Of a stretch of DNA of 64,000 nt, positions 12,381 to 23,815 are shown piece after piece. Source of the DNA: Scyliorhinus canicula (lineage: Eukaryota); assembly GCF_902713615.1 (NCBI RefSeq), contig NW_024056011.1, forward strand, positions 186,001-250,000. The letters are read 5' to 3'. The notes under the pieces are model-generated. The model was not told the origin of the DNA. It saw nothing but the letters and a program-made list of their open reading frames with translations, and made no database searches. Each line of letters starts with the position of its first letter. The first letter of the stretch is position 1. The position numbers and the translations under genes were made by a program.

Positions 12381-12710
12381 GGCATGATTGGTTGGTCTCT
12401 CGGTGCTGTCGGCATGATTGGTTGGTCTCTCGGTGCTGTCGGCATGATTGGCTGGTCTCTCAGTGCTGTCGGTATGATTGGCTGGTCTCTCAGTGCTGTT
12501 GGTATGATTGGCTGGTCTCTCAGTGCTGTCGGCATGATTGGCTGGTCTCTCAGTGCTGTCGGTATGATTGGCTGGTCTCTCAGTGCTGTTGGTATGATTG
12601 GCTAGTCTCTCAGTGCTGTCGGCATGATTGGCTGGTCTCTCAGTGCTGTCGGCATGGTTGGCTGCTCTCTCAGTACTGTCGGTATGATTGGCTGGTCTCT
12701 CAGTGCTGTC
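12381..12710. repeat. 30-bp minisatellite, ~11 copies (GGCATGATTGGCTGGTCTCTCAGTGCTGTC)
   Basis: Direct repeats; most units carry RRCCAATCA on the minus strand; lies ~110-440 nt upstream of the V leader at 12274. Confidence 0.97.
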
Positions 12711-12879
12711 AGCAATTGGGCACCAATCAATGTTAGTTGTAGCCCAATGACATTTTCTCTCCCCCTCTGTCTGTCTTTTATTGTATCTCCGGCTCTCTGT
12801 TGGTCCCTCTGTCTGTTTGGCTCCTTTCAATCTTTAGGATTGTCTGTGAGCCAATCTCCGCTTTCCGCGTGTCGGAGCC

Positions 12880-13165
12880 GAGTTCTCCCTCCACACTGTT
12901 AGGACTGAGCTCAGGACGAACTTCTTCACCCAAAGGGTTGCGAATCTATGGAATTCCCTGTCCAGTGACGCAGTTGAGGTTCCTTCATTAAATGTTTTTA
13001 AGATAAAGATAGATAGTTTTTTGAAGAATAAAGGAATAAATGACAATGGTGTTCGGGCGGGAAAGTGGGGCTGAGTCCACAAAAGATCAGCCATGATCTC
13101 ATTGAATGGCGGAGCAGGCTCGAAGGGCCAGATGGCCTACTCCTGCTCCTAGTTCTTATGTTAAT
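12880..13165 (+). mobile_element. CR1-clade LINE 3' end fragment
   Basis: Near-identical to 39800-40060 (AACTTCTTCACCCAAAGGGTTG...CCTGCTCCTAGTTCTTATG). Confidence 0.85.
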
Positions 13166-13826
13166 ATTCCAGGAAAATGCAGAATGTAGATCACACAATT
13201 CCCCCCCAGTCTCCCATTTTAACAAGTTCCTTAAACAATGTGCTCCATTAGTGGGAGCAGGTATATCAGACAAAATGTACTAATCACAGCTGCGAGAAAA
13301 AAAATTAATTGTAGCAGTTAGATTGAAATCCCACAGCATGTCAGATAAGAATGATTTAGGAGCCATATTTATATCCTTCCTTTATGTGGACTTTTAAGAA
13401 TTCGAACCTTTGCAGTATTTTTTGTTTTAAGTTCGAGCCGGCATCGAACCTTGGACCTCAGCACCGCGAGGCAGCAGTCCTAACCATTAGGCCACCGTGC
13501 TGCCCTTGTTGAATATAGTTATGCAACACACGTCAAACCATTGAAGCCGCGAAATGAAAGACGAAACCGCCAGAGGACGCTGTGGTAATACATTTCGCAC
13601 AGTTGTAAACTGCAAATTGCAGATGAAACCAACCTCAGCCCCGCCCCAAACTCCCCTTGCTGTTCTTGTTATGATCCACATTGCCTGCCGTTTGTTATTA
13701 CCATCTTGTTGAAGTGGCTTCCTCTTCGACTTTGGTTTGGATTACCAGTGCAGTGGGGAAGCAATCTGTATATTTGCTCCGACGGGTAGGTTATTGGACT
13801 GGAGGGTCCCGGATTCAGGGAGCGTC

Positions 13827-14312
13827 ATGCAAAAACAGCTCACACTGATCCTCATCATTATATCATTTCTCAGTAAGTATTTATTTTCCTGCAAAAAATA
13901 TCCTCCCCAAGATCTCTAACCAAGTTACCGTTCTGATGAAATAATGATAGTCATGTTCATTGAGATGATGACACTGACCATGATGATAATAGTTATGGTT
14001 TTCTGTCATACTGGATCCACGAAGCAGCAGTGGAACAACCGATCCGTGAAATGGCGGTGAGAGAGGAAAGTAATGTCACACTAACCTGCACCATGAAAGG
14101 AAGTGATCGTCGAAGTTATATGTTCTGGTACCGTCAACACTTTGGACAAACCCCACAGTATGTCATTCGTATTATAGGAGAGAAAGTGAGAAGACAACCC
14201 GACATCAGTAATCGCTTCTCTTCGATGTTCGACATGAGTAGCAAGATTACAGAGCTAAGGGTCAGCAGTGCAATGATCTCTGACTCTGCGGTGTATCTCT
14301 GTGCACTGAACC
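13827..14312 (+). CDS. TCR V gene, family A (open V frame; canonical acceptor mutated, probable alternative acceptor)
   Basis: Leader 13827-13872 MQKQLTLILIIISFL + A|GTAAGT; V reads VEQPIREMAVREESNVTLTC...FWYRQ...DSAVYLCALN. The position homologous to the paralogs' acceptor reads GTCAT instead of GTCAG; in-frame AGs at 14023-24, 14026-27 and 14029-30. Confidence 0.8.
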
Positions 14313-14352
14313 CACAGTGGTTCAAAGATAGAGCAGGTCCTGTACAAAAACT
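14313..14352 (+). other. RSS, 24-nt spacer
   Basis: CACAGTG + 24 nt + ACAAAAACT. Confidence 0.85.
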
Positions 14353-15209
14353 CCCGCTGGCTTTTTCCAGTTGGTGCTCAGCAGAATGTTGTTTACCGAC
14401 GAGCAACAGAGTAAAAAGTCAAATCTCCACCGTGGTCATCTTGAAGTGTTTGAAAACAAACAATTTGCCGCCTTACCTTCACTCTTATGGACAGTGGTTG
14501 AATGTGAAAATCTCTATGACTATGTTGTGGCAATACCGGCAACAACACGACAACAATAATAATCATATGGGGTGTGAAGGTGGTGGGCCAGAAATCCAGA
14601 GGTTAGGTTGCCAATTCCACCACGGCAGATGGTGGGATTCCAATGTATAACAAACTGGAATTAAAAGGCCCATCATTGTGGTCAAAACACTTTCGATGCA
14701 ATAAAGTCCTGAACGGTCAGAAAATAACGAAACATGCCGTCCTTACCTCATGATCTACATGTGACTCCAAGCCCACAGCATTGAATGTCGTGAAATGAGC
14801 GAGCAACTCACTCCGCTGTGTAGAAATCACATTTAGGATTACAAACAGAAAATGACTCGATTACTCGGCATCCACCCAGGCAGCAGAAAGGACATTGGCA
14901 AACCTTACGCTGCCGGCACTTTCTAACAGCTGAGGCGTGCACAAAAATTGAGAAATCTCTCATAAAGGCCAATGAAGCCACAGGCTGACGCGGTCACTCT
15001 TGACCGATAATGTCTCGGATACAACAGCCGCCAATGCCTGGGAACCTCCGGTCTCATGGACAGAACAAACAGGCCAGAGGTGGTAGCGCAGCGGTCGATT
15101 GGCATGTGACTGCCCCTTGGGAATCAAAGTGTCTCGGGCAATATAGATCGTGTGGCCTCATCCCTGACTCGACGATTCTAGATTCTAGTCCGTCATGTCC
15201 TCCCGATAT

Positions 15210-15495
15210 ATTTCTTCTCAATGACTTGAGCAGTGAGCAGGTGCAGGGTGGTCACGGTGTAGGGAAGATTCAACTGTCGCTATTTCCGCTCCATCAGTTC
15301 CGAGTGCAGCTGAGAGTCACCGCACACGTCACTCAATATTCAGACTGCGGTATCCCCGCCCACAGCTTCCGGGTGCTGCACTCATTCTGACCCAATTATG
15401 TTACTGGAGAGATTGCTGCTGCTGGTCCATTCCTCTCATTGGTCGGATCAGCAGTGCAGTGTGACGGGGATCTGTATTTCTGTCTCTGACAGAGG
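15210..15495 (+). promoter_or_regulatory. Conserved upstream (promoter) block of family A V genes
   Basis: Homologous blocks (...TCGCTATTTCCGCTCC...CAGTGCAG...CTGTATTTC...) at 20380-20640 and 23450-23735, with partial similarity at 13740-13800; each precedes a leader or leader remnant. Confidence 0.7.
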
Positions 15496-15533
15496 ATTGA
15501 TCTCATTGTAGAGTTACAAACTCAAGGAGGATC

Positions 15534-16038
15534 ATGAGGAACCATCTCGCTTCGCTCATCATCGTTATCTCACTTCTAAGTAAGTATTTCCTTCCCAGCA
15601 ACACTCCATTGTCTTCCTGACGGCTGTAACCCAGATGTTATTGTTGGTAAAACGACAGAGATTATGTTGTTGATGATTTTATTGTTTAATATGAGGCTGA
15701 CTCTGATTGTCATTATCGCTGTAACTTCCGTTAGAATAGAGCCACCAAGACTCCGTGGAGCAAAAGGAATCTGAAATAACGGTTACAGAGGAAAGTGAAG
15801 TCACATTAACCTGCACCTTGAAAACAAGTTCTCCTAACCCTTTTGTGTACTGGTACAGTCAGCAGCCCGAGAAAGCTCCAAGCTACATGCTTCGAGTTAT
15901 TGGGCTGATTGTGGAAAGGAACACCGAACTCACCGATCGATTTTCTTCTACGTTTGATAAAAGGAACAAGACTACCGAGCTAAGGATGAGTAACACAATG
16001 ATCTCCGACAGCGCCGTGTATTTCTGTGCCGTGAAGCC
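15534..16038 (+). pseudogene. TCR V gene, family A, with TAG right after the first acceptor (probable pseudogene or alt-spliced)
   Basis: Leader 15534-15579 MRNHLASLIIVISLL + A|GTAAGT. CCGTTAG|AA TAG gives a stop at 15737-39 (paralogs have TGG/TGC). The rest of the V is open: DSVEQKESEITVTEESEVTLTC...YWYSQQPEKAP...DSAVYFCAVK. Confidence 0.8.
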
Positions 16039-16078
16039 CACACTGCTGCCGAGATATGTTGGAACCCGTACAAAAACC
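16039..16078 (+). other. RSS, 24-nt spacer
   Basis: CACACTG + 24 nt + ACAAAAACC. Confidence 0.88.
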
Positions 16079-17627
16079 CCACACTGGCAGTTCCACCCAC
16101 TGCTCAGCAGGGGGTGCGCCCTCATCGATAGTTCCGTTTCCATAGTGACAGTGACACAAATTGTAACAACACACAAAACTAAAAAGCATCAGTAGTGAGG
16201 CCCACCTGCACAGTTATACCAGTTTGCGATTGCAACTCGCATTCAGAACAGTAAAAAAAAACTTAAAGTACCCAATTATTTTTTTCCAATTAAGGGGCAA
16301 TTTAGCATGGTCAATCCACCTACCCTGTACATCTTTGGGTTGTGGAGGCGAAACCCACGCAAACATGGGGAGAATGTGCAAATTCCACACGGACAGTGAC
16401 CCAGAGCCGGGATCAAACCTGGGACCTCGGCGCCATGAGGCATAACATATGTAAGACTAATGAATGGATCTTCGATACCTTAACTCCTGCTTCTTGTTCT
16501 TATCTTGGAGTGCAAACTCACCCTCTCAGCAAACTATCAGGTGTCACTGAACTACAATAAATACAGCAACTTCGATTCATGTCGAGCTTTTCGCACAATA
16601 AACTGTCCCGAGGGGTTTTACAGGAACTATGGACATATTCAGTCATATGATCAAAAGCTTGGTCAACGAGATTGGTAAGAAGGAGAGTCTTAAAGGAACA
16701 CTGACTGCTCATCCAGAGTGTACAGAATTATGAGGGACATGGATAGAGTAGATAGGAAGAAACTTTCCCCGTAGTAATGGTGTCAATAACCAATTGGCAC
16801 AGATTAAAGGTAAGGAATTGGAGATTTCGAGGGGCTTTGTGGGAGAACGTTTTCACCCAGACGGTGGTGGGAACTCACAGCCTTCATCTCCGATTTCAAT
16901 CACTCCACCATCGCTGGCCGTGCCTTCACCTGCCTGGACACAACGCTCTGGAATTTCCTGCCTAGATCTTTCCACTCTTCCACTTAGAGTCAGAGCCAAA
17001 GAGCTTTACAGCGCAAAATGAGACCCTTTGCCCAGTGTGCATGCGCTGGCCATCGAACACCTTTCTATTCTCATTTAATATTCCAGCAGTTGGTCCGTAG
17101 GCTTTTATGCTATGGCATTCGAAGTGCTCATCTAAATGTTTCTTCAATGTTGTGAGGTTTTCTGCCTCTATGACCCTTTCACGCATTCAGCCCCAGATTC
17201 CCATCACCCTCTGGGTCAAAATGGTTTCCTCAAATATCCTCTAAATCCGCCCCTTAACGTAAATCTATTCCCCCTGGTTATTCACCCTTCTACTAAATGG
17301 AAAAGTTCCTTCCTATCGACCCAATCAACGCCACTCATCATTTTCTGACATAAAAATCAACAATAAGGAAGACAGAGTCTAAACAGCTGCAATGTAGATT
17401 TCTGGGACTCATTTGTGGCTTGGTCTGTATTTCGGTAAACCCACAATCAACTCAACATCCGTATTGACGAAGAGCCACCGATATTCCAAACGTTAGCTCC
17501 CTACTCTCTCCATAGGTGCTGTCAGAACTGTTGAGATTGTCCAGTTTTTCAGATTCTAGCAATAATTTGCTTTTATTTATATTATCGATTGACAAATCGA
17601 TTTTGATTCAAGCCTGAACCCGGCATC

Positions 17628-18010
17628 GTGTGCTCCCCATGTCACGGACTGATAATGCTGGCAGAGTTGTTAGGTGAGTCTCTGCTATTCTCCATTTCAC
17701 GTGTAAGTAGCGCAGGAATTGTTTGTTTTTTTTAGGTTCATCGCCAATCGCTCTTTAGGGGGCAGTTATGAGTCAACCCCAGAGAATTACTCTGAGTCTC
17801 TGGATTTCTAGTCCAGTGACAATACCACTTTGCCACCGCCTCCCCCTGGTCCATTCATTTCATTACTCACCGGGTGCCGAGGAGTCAGTGTCCCTGGGCT
17901 CAGCTGAGTTGCGGCTTCTGGCAGAACAGTCCGTACGTTTCGGCTATACTAACTCCACATCTCTCTGCTGCTTGGTGGATATTCCTGGGTTAAAGTTACT
18001 GTAAATATCT
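17628..18010 (+). pseudogene. TCR V pseudogene, family B
   Basis: 46-nt leader remnant 17628-17673 (GTG CSPCHGLIMLAELL + G|GTGAGT); V remnant EESVSLGSAELRLLAEQSVRFG...DIPG then a stop; repeat fragment in the intron. Confidence 0.55.
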
Positions 18011-18175
18011 CAGCATGATAGGCCTCAACATTCTCCAAACTACTCTATTGTTTATCGGCACAAGGATTGAAGCACCAAAAGAGCGGCCTGCTAAATACAC
18101 CTGACAACGTTTAAAAAGCGAGGATCAAATTCTTCGCGCAGAAAGAACCTTAGTGGAGCTGTAAATACTCGCTCC

Positions 18176-18214
18176 GGTTTTTGTACGGTGCTCTAGCTGC
18201 TATCTAACGGTATG
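18176..18214 (-). other. Inactivated 23-RSS
   Basis: Minus strand CATACCG (essential CAC lost) + 23 nt + ACAAAAACC. Confidence 0.8.
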
Positions 18215-18868
18215 CCTCACTGCACAGTAATAGACCGCCCCGTCCTCCACACTGAGGGAGCCTATATTGCGGTAACCGTTCTGTTCAGACTTGTCAGCAG
18301 CCGTCAGATATCGTCCTGAAACTGCACCGTTCTTCAACGCGTGCTGTTTAGCACAGGGCTAAATCGCTGGATTTGAAAGCAGACTAAGGCAGGCTAGCAG
18401 CACTGTTCGATTCCCGTAACAGTCTCCCCGAACAGGCGCCGGAATGTGACGATGAGGGGCTTGTCACAGTAACTTCATTTGAAGCCGACTCTTGACAATA
18501 AGCCATTACAATTTTCATAGTGATAATCCATCTCGGTGGTTGTGCCGGTTTCTGCTGATGCCACAGCATGCCGTACATACTCTTGTCTGTATGTTCACAA
18601 TTCAAACGCACCGAATCCCCTTCTGATGAGGTTATTGTTACCGGTAACTAAGTTACTGGATCTGCGCATAGCCCGCCTGTGAAGGTAGAGGATTAAATAT
18701 CAAGTGTTGATGTAAATTTGCCTGTATCTGAAAGAGTTTGTGAAACCTCCTAATTGCACTTCATATAGATGTTTTCGATCATAATTATATTGCCATCGAT
18801 GTGTAATAACATGTTAATTTGCCTCGATGTTTATTGTGCCACAGCGCCGCCATTATTATCAGATACTT
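18215..18868 (-). pseudogene. TCR V pseudogene, family C (paralog of 22006-22520)
   Basis: V exon from 18676: GLCADPVT*LP (TAG at 18648-50), SINE in CDR2, ends DGAVYYCAVR; leader ATG changed to AAG and donor lost. Confidence 0.9.
18340..18518 (+). mobile_element. Short SINE inserted antisense into a V CDR2
   Basis: Matches 25125-25297; interrupts the alignment with the V at 22006 between WII and GAVSGRY. Confidence 0.85.
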
Positions 18869-19284
18869 GTCAGACTGAATCTCTCTCAGAGATTGTGAGG
18901 AGAGAGGTGAACCCGGGCGGCTCTGTTACGCTCATTGCGAGGGCGGAGGGGTTGTGTAGGGGGATGGGGGGGGGGGGGGGGGGGGTTGGAGGGGTTATTG
19001 TGTCCTCACTTGCTCCCCATACATCAGGCTTCAGAGTAAACGTCACATGGGTTGTGACGCCTGTGCTTGAATTGGGCGCCCGCTGCTGATACATTTCTGT
19101 AAATCGAATTTTCTTGTTGGGTGGGTTCAGGCTTTGCTGCAAAACATACCGAGAATACCCAACACTCTCAATTGGAGCTGTTTAGATACTGTCTCTGTTA
19201 ATGTTGATGTTTATGACAGAAAATTATGCTGAATCTGGGGAAAACCATCGCTGGAATCTTTTGTCTAAATCCTGGGTATGTCAA

Positions 19285-19335
19285 ATATTAAAAGGACAAG
19301 ACTATCGAGCTGACGATCAGTAACAAAATGATTAA
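19285..19335 (+). pseudogene. Family A V FR3 fragment
   Basis: AAAAGGACAAGACTATCGAGCTGACGATCAGTAACAAAATGAT aligns to 15958-16004; abuts a repeat tail at ~19340-19590. Confidence 0.5.
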
Positions 19336-19619
19336 AATTAAACTGTTAACAGATACAGTCAGGGGAGGGGGGTTGGGGGAGATAGTTCAGTTTAGTTAAT
19401 TTTAGGCGAATCCAGCGAGTGGAGGAGTAGGGACTGGGGCACTGTGTGTGTAAGCCATGTTGGCTGGGAATGGGTTGTTGGTTGGGGGCGGGGCGGGGCG
19501 GGGGAGGGGTTATTACTGAGTTATGTTTACAGTTGTAATTGTCGTTCTAAAGTCATAAATGCCTTAATAAAATGTTTTTTTTAAAAGACGATAATTTCCG
19601 ACCGCGCCGTGTATTTATG

Positions 19620-20320
19620 TGGGCAGCACGGTAGCACAGTTGTTAGCACTGTTGCTCCACAGATCCAGTGTCCAGGTTAGAATCCCGGCTTGGGTTACTG
19701 TCTGTGCGGGTCTGCCCATTCTCCCCGTGTGTGCGTTGGTTTCCTCCCACAGTCCAAAGATGTGCGGGTTAGGTGGATTGGCCATGCTAAATTGCCCGTA
19801 GTGTACTAAAAAGTAGGGTTGGGGCAGCACGGTAGCATGGTGGTTAGCATAAATGCTTCACAGCTCCAGGGTCCCAGGTTCGGTTCCCCGCTGGGTCACT
19901 GTCTGTGCGGAGTCTGCACGTCATCCCCGTGTGTGCGTGGGTTTCATCCGGATGCTCCGGTTTCCTCCCACATTCCAAAGATGTGCGGGTTAGGTGGATT
20001 GGCCATGCTAAATTGCCCGTAGTGTCCTAAAAGGTAGGGTTGGGGGGGGGGGGAGTTGTTGGGTTACGGGTATAGGGTGGATACGTGGGTTTGAGTAGGG
20101 TGATCATTGCTCGGCACAACATCGAGGGCCGAAGGGCCTGTTCTGTGCTGTGCTGTACTGTTCTATGTTCTATGTTCTAAATGCCCACAAAGATTGTGTT
20201 AGTTTGCGGGCATGGGATGGGGGTGTGTGTTTGGGTAGAGTGCTCTTTCCGGGGACCGGTGCAAACTCGATGGGCCGGGTGGCCTGCTTCTACACTGTGG
20301 ATTCTATGAGTCTATGAAAT
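19620..20320 (+). mobile_element. Tandem SINE cluster (2-3 copies)
   Basis: Heads GGGCAGCACGGTAG at 19621 and 19822; TGTTC tail at 20140-20180; further SINE tail to ~20315. Confidence 0.85.
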
Positions 20321-20669
20321 AGGGGCAGGAAGGGTCAGTTGCATCAGATCCTTTCTCGCCGGAGCAAAGTGCCTTCCCTCTACATTGTTCTCAGTGACTC
20401 GACCAATGAGCAGGTTACCCCTCGCTATTTCCGCTCCCTCACTTGCGAATGCAGCTGACTACCGCCGCACATTTTTAATCAGCTTTGAGTCTGCGGTGTC
20501 CCCGGTCATAGTTTCCGTTTGTTGATCCCGCTTTGACAGAGTGGTGATATTCTAAACATTGTTGTCACTGGGCGATTCCTGTCATTGGTTTAATCAGCCG
20601 TGCAGTGGACCTGAATCGGCATTTCTGCTCTGACAGGTAATTGCCTGAGAGCAACTAATTCAGGAACTA

Positions 20670-21170
20670 TCACGGGAACCGCCATTCAGCTCTCCTCAAC
20701 ACCATCTCACGGAAAACCCCCCATTCTCCCCGCATTGTGGAACCTGATATTATTTTTAATTGAATAACAATGATAACGGTGGGTGTGGCCGTTATGCTGG
20801 GTAATGTGAGGCCGCTATTGAATTTTATTTGATTATTTCTGTTTGTTTCTGTCAGATTGCAGCCACCAGGACCCAGTGAAACAGCGGGGAGGCTGAAATA
20901 AGGGTTGTAGAGACAGTGACGTCACACCACAATTCAGTCAATACAATAGATCCTGACAGGTACAGTAAGCATCCGGGCAGCCTGCACGGTTCATATTCCG
21001 TCTGATTGGAGAGGATCTGCAGCAGAAACGTATAAATTATCTTAATGTGACTAACATACAGATAAATAACTGTACATAAGTATATTGTTACCGACCGAGG
21101 CACAGCACAGTTGAGCTGTCTGACCGCAGGAAGAGGAAGTATCTACAATGGTGTACACAGCTCAATGTAG
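20670..21170 (+). pseudogene. Degenerate family A V pseudogene
   Basis: TTTCTGTCAG|AT TGC AGC CAC CAG GAC CCA GTG is homologous to 15734 onward; AGGTACAGTAAGCATCCG resembles TGGTACAGTCAGCAGCCC; stops and frameshifts; preceded by the promoter block at 20380-20640. Confidence 0.65.
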
Positions 21171-21499
21171 CAGCAGGAGCGGGGTACTGACGATCAGAAC
21201 AGGCTCTGTTCATTTCAACAGAGACGGTCAATCCTCTGATTATCAGCGACACTCGGGTGAAAGGCATCGTCAGTAATATTGGCCCCCGTGACAGTGCAGC
21301 AAAAATCTAAGGACGATACAAGTACAAGGCTGTGGTGGTCCAGCGCCTTCATGACTTGTGGGTTAATTCGAGCTCCGGCAGTTTTATAGCACTCACCATA
21401 AGCCGCACCCCCCTGAAGCACGTCTCGTATTTGAGTGACTCCCTAGCAACAGGCAAGAGATGAGTTTTCGATCGAAAAATCAATTTTCTACTGAAGCCT

Positions 21500-21900
21500 A
21501 AATCAGACTCCATGGTCCCGCATGATAATAATAATCCTGTTGCTCAGTGAGTCTGCTGAAATTCTTATTACAGTATGAATTTCATGTGTGAAATACAACA
21601 GTAGAATTTGACACACTCTGTTTTTTACAGGATCGTACGGGGTAGGCTCAGCGACCTTGGGCTTATCCAAGTTAACGGTTCTGGAAGAGCAATCTATAAT
21701 TTCCGGCGACATTATCTCCAGATCTGAGAGCTGTTATTGCCCCCTTCTGGTACGCGGGCATTCCAAGTTTTAATTTACCATCTACATCGCGGCTGGAGAT
21801 CATTCTCATGATTTCGCAAATTGCCCCTCTGTTCACCCGCAGAAGAACAGAGACACCAATATAACTGTCTGATAAATAGACCTGACTGTTCGTGAATCCG
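21500..21900 (+). pseudogene. Family B V pseudogene
   Basis: Leader remnant ...MIIIILLL + A|GTGAGT (donor 21547); TTTTACAG| at 21630; GSYGVGSATLGLSKLTVLEEQS...FWY then stops; no YxC or RSS. Confidence 0.6.
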
Positions 21901-21966
21901 GGATTAAACAATTCCCGCAAACAGCGGCAGCAAAGCCCATTTAGTGGCGCTGTAAATACTCGCTGA

Positions 21967-22005
21967 GGTTTTTGTACGGTGCTCTAGCTGCTCTCTAACG
22001 CTGTG
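21967..22005 (-). other. 23-RSS
   Basis: Minus strand CACAGCG + 23 nt + ACAAAAACC. Confidence 0.93.
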
Positions 22006-22520
22006 CCTCATTGCACAGTAATAGACCGCCCCGTCATCCACACTGAGAGCGCTTATATTGAGGTAACCGTTCTGTTTAGACTTGTCAGCAGCCACCAGAT
22101 ATCGTCCTGACACTGCATCATCCTTCAGATCTACAAATTTGCTAATAATCCAGATTGGTGGCTGTGCCGCTTTCTGCTGATACCATTGCATGGACTGCAT
22201 AGCGGAGTCTGTATATTCACAATCCAGCCGCACCGAACCCCCTTCTGATTCGGTTTTTGTCACCGGTGATTGAGTTACTGGATCTGCGCTTAGTCCGCCT
22301 GCGAAGGGAGATAAATGAAATATCGATCAGTTAAACGTAATTCACCTACATTTTTTTGTATATCTGTGAGTTTCTGGAAACTCAACTCTACTCATCATGT
22401 GGATATTTCTGATCGTTAATTATATTCAATGTTATTGCAATCTATAACCCGCTAATATGGCTTGATGAACATCATCCATTACTTACCGTCCAACAATACC
22501 GCCAGTATTAACAGAAACAT
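22006..22520 (-). CDS. Intact TCR alpha/delta-type V gene, family C (leader 22487-22520, V exon 22006-22298)
   Basis: MFLLILAVLLD + G|GTAAGT; TTCGCAG|GC GGA; LSADPVTQSPVTKTESEGGSVRLDC...MQWYQQKAAQPP...DDGAVYYCAMR. Confidence 0.95.
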
Positions 22521-23449
22521 GTCTGACTGAATCTTTCTGAGTGAATGGGAATGGGATGAGGCAGAGATTGAGAGGAGGAGAGGGAACCCGGGCCCTGTTC
22601 AGCTCATTGTTCCACCCACACACTGCAGAGCCAGGCCCATTGTGACATCACTCTCGCCACGACGCCTATTGGTATTGACGATGCCCTCACGGAACTTCAT
22701 CATCCCCATTCTGAAGGTGGCGCCCTCTGGTGCCCGAGTCGTGACATTCCTGTTTGAATGCAGCCACTGAATGTATTGAGAGTGTATTGAAAAACACAAG
22801 AAAACACGAATGTTTCCCAGAAATCTAAAATGGATCTGCTAGGAAACAATTTTTACCATTATTGACGTTTGTGTAAGAAAGGGACACTAAATCGATGAAA
22901 TCTTTGCTGCTCGTTTCTTTCCAAATCCTGTCCATGACAAATCTGAAGTAGTGTTAGGATGTTGGAGAAATTGTGGATGTTATATATTTAAATATTACCA
23001 GGGGCGAGGGCCGTTTATGAAAAAAGACCAGAGAACTTTGGGTTCATTTGCTTGTAACAAAAGAAGTAGAAGGAAGGCTCAATCGTTTTGCTGAAAAATA
23101 TGCCTATTCGATAACGTAGATCGTCTGTAATTGTTCCCATTAGCAGCAGTTCCAATGACAAATCATCCCGACTTAATTGAAAAAATGATAGAGAATGATG
23201 TATTTATTGATATATTCCGATCTGTTAACATCTAGAACACGACGCGTAAAATTATGATAGAAAAAGAATCAATGGCAAATTTCAAAAGGGGATTTTCATG
23301 ATCTGAAACGGGATAGGAATATGAAAAATGTGGGGTGCGAAAGACGATTGGGATAGCATTTTCAAATAGGCACGTGTGCGGTAAGCCGAATGCTCATTCC
23401 GTTCCCTAATTTTCTATAATTCTGAGCGATTCATGCCCGTTCCCTATTA

Positions 23450-23815
23450 ATTGTTCTCACTCACTTGAGCAGTGAGCAGATGCAAGGTGGCTGCAGGCCT
23501 CCAGAGATTCAACCATCGCTATTTCCGCTCCGTCAATCGCGCCTGCACCTGTTTGCAGCCGCACAGTCTGACTGGTTTAAAGTCTGTGGTGTCCCGGGGA
23601 GCAGCTCCCGTTTGCTGCTCTCATTCTGAAACGATTGTGCTGATGGAAATATTGCTGCACATGACCCATTCGTGTCATCCGGATAGGTCATCAATGCAGC
23701 GGTCTGGGAATCTGTATTTCTTCTCCAGCTGATCACTTCCTCCACTGAAGAGGGACTAATTCGGGATCTTCCTGGTTCCGCTCCTCAACAAGATCTGGCT
23801 TCTCAGAAAATATTT
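23450..23815 (+). pseudogene. Orphan family A promoter block plus degenerate leader, no V exon found
   Basis: Aligns to 15210-15590; followed by unrelated sequence. Confidence 0.55.

Noticed and set aside
12263-12902. Cys/Trp-rich and repetitive ORFs on both strands
   Set aside because: Translations of the 30-bp minisatellite.
10850-16195. C-terminal extensions of V ORFs (e.g. HSITSRW..., PQWFKDRAG..., PTLLPRYVG...) as CDR3/J or extra domains
   Set aside because: They are translated RSS and flank; no FGxG/WGxG motif, so these Vs are unrearranged.
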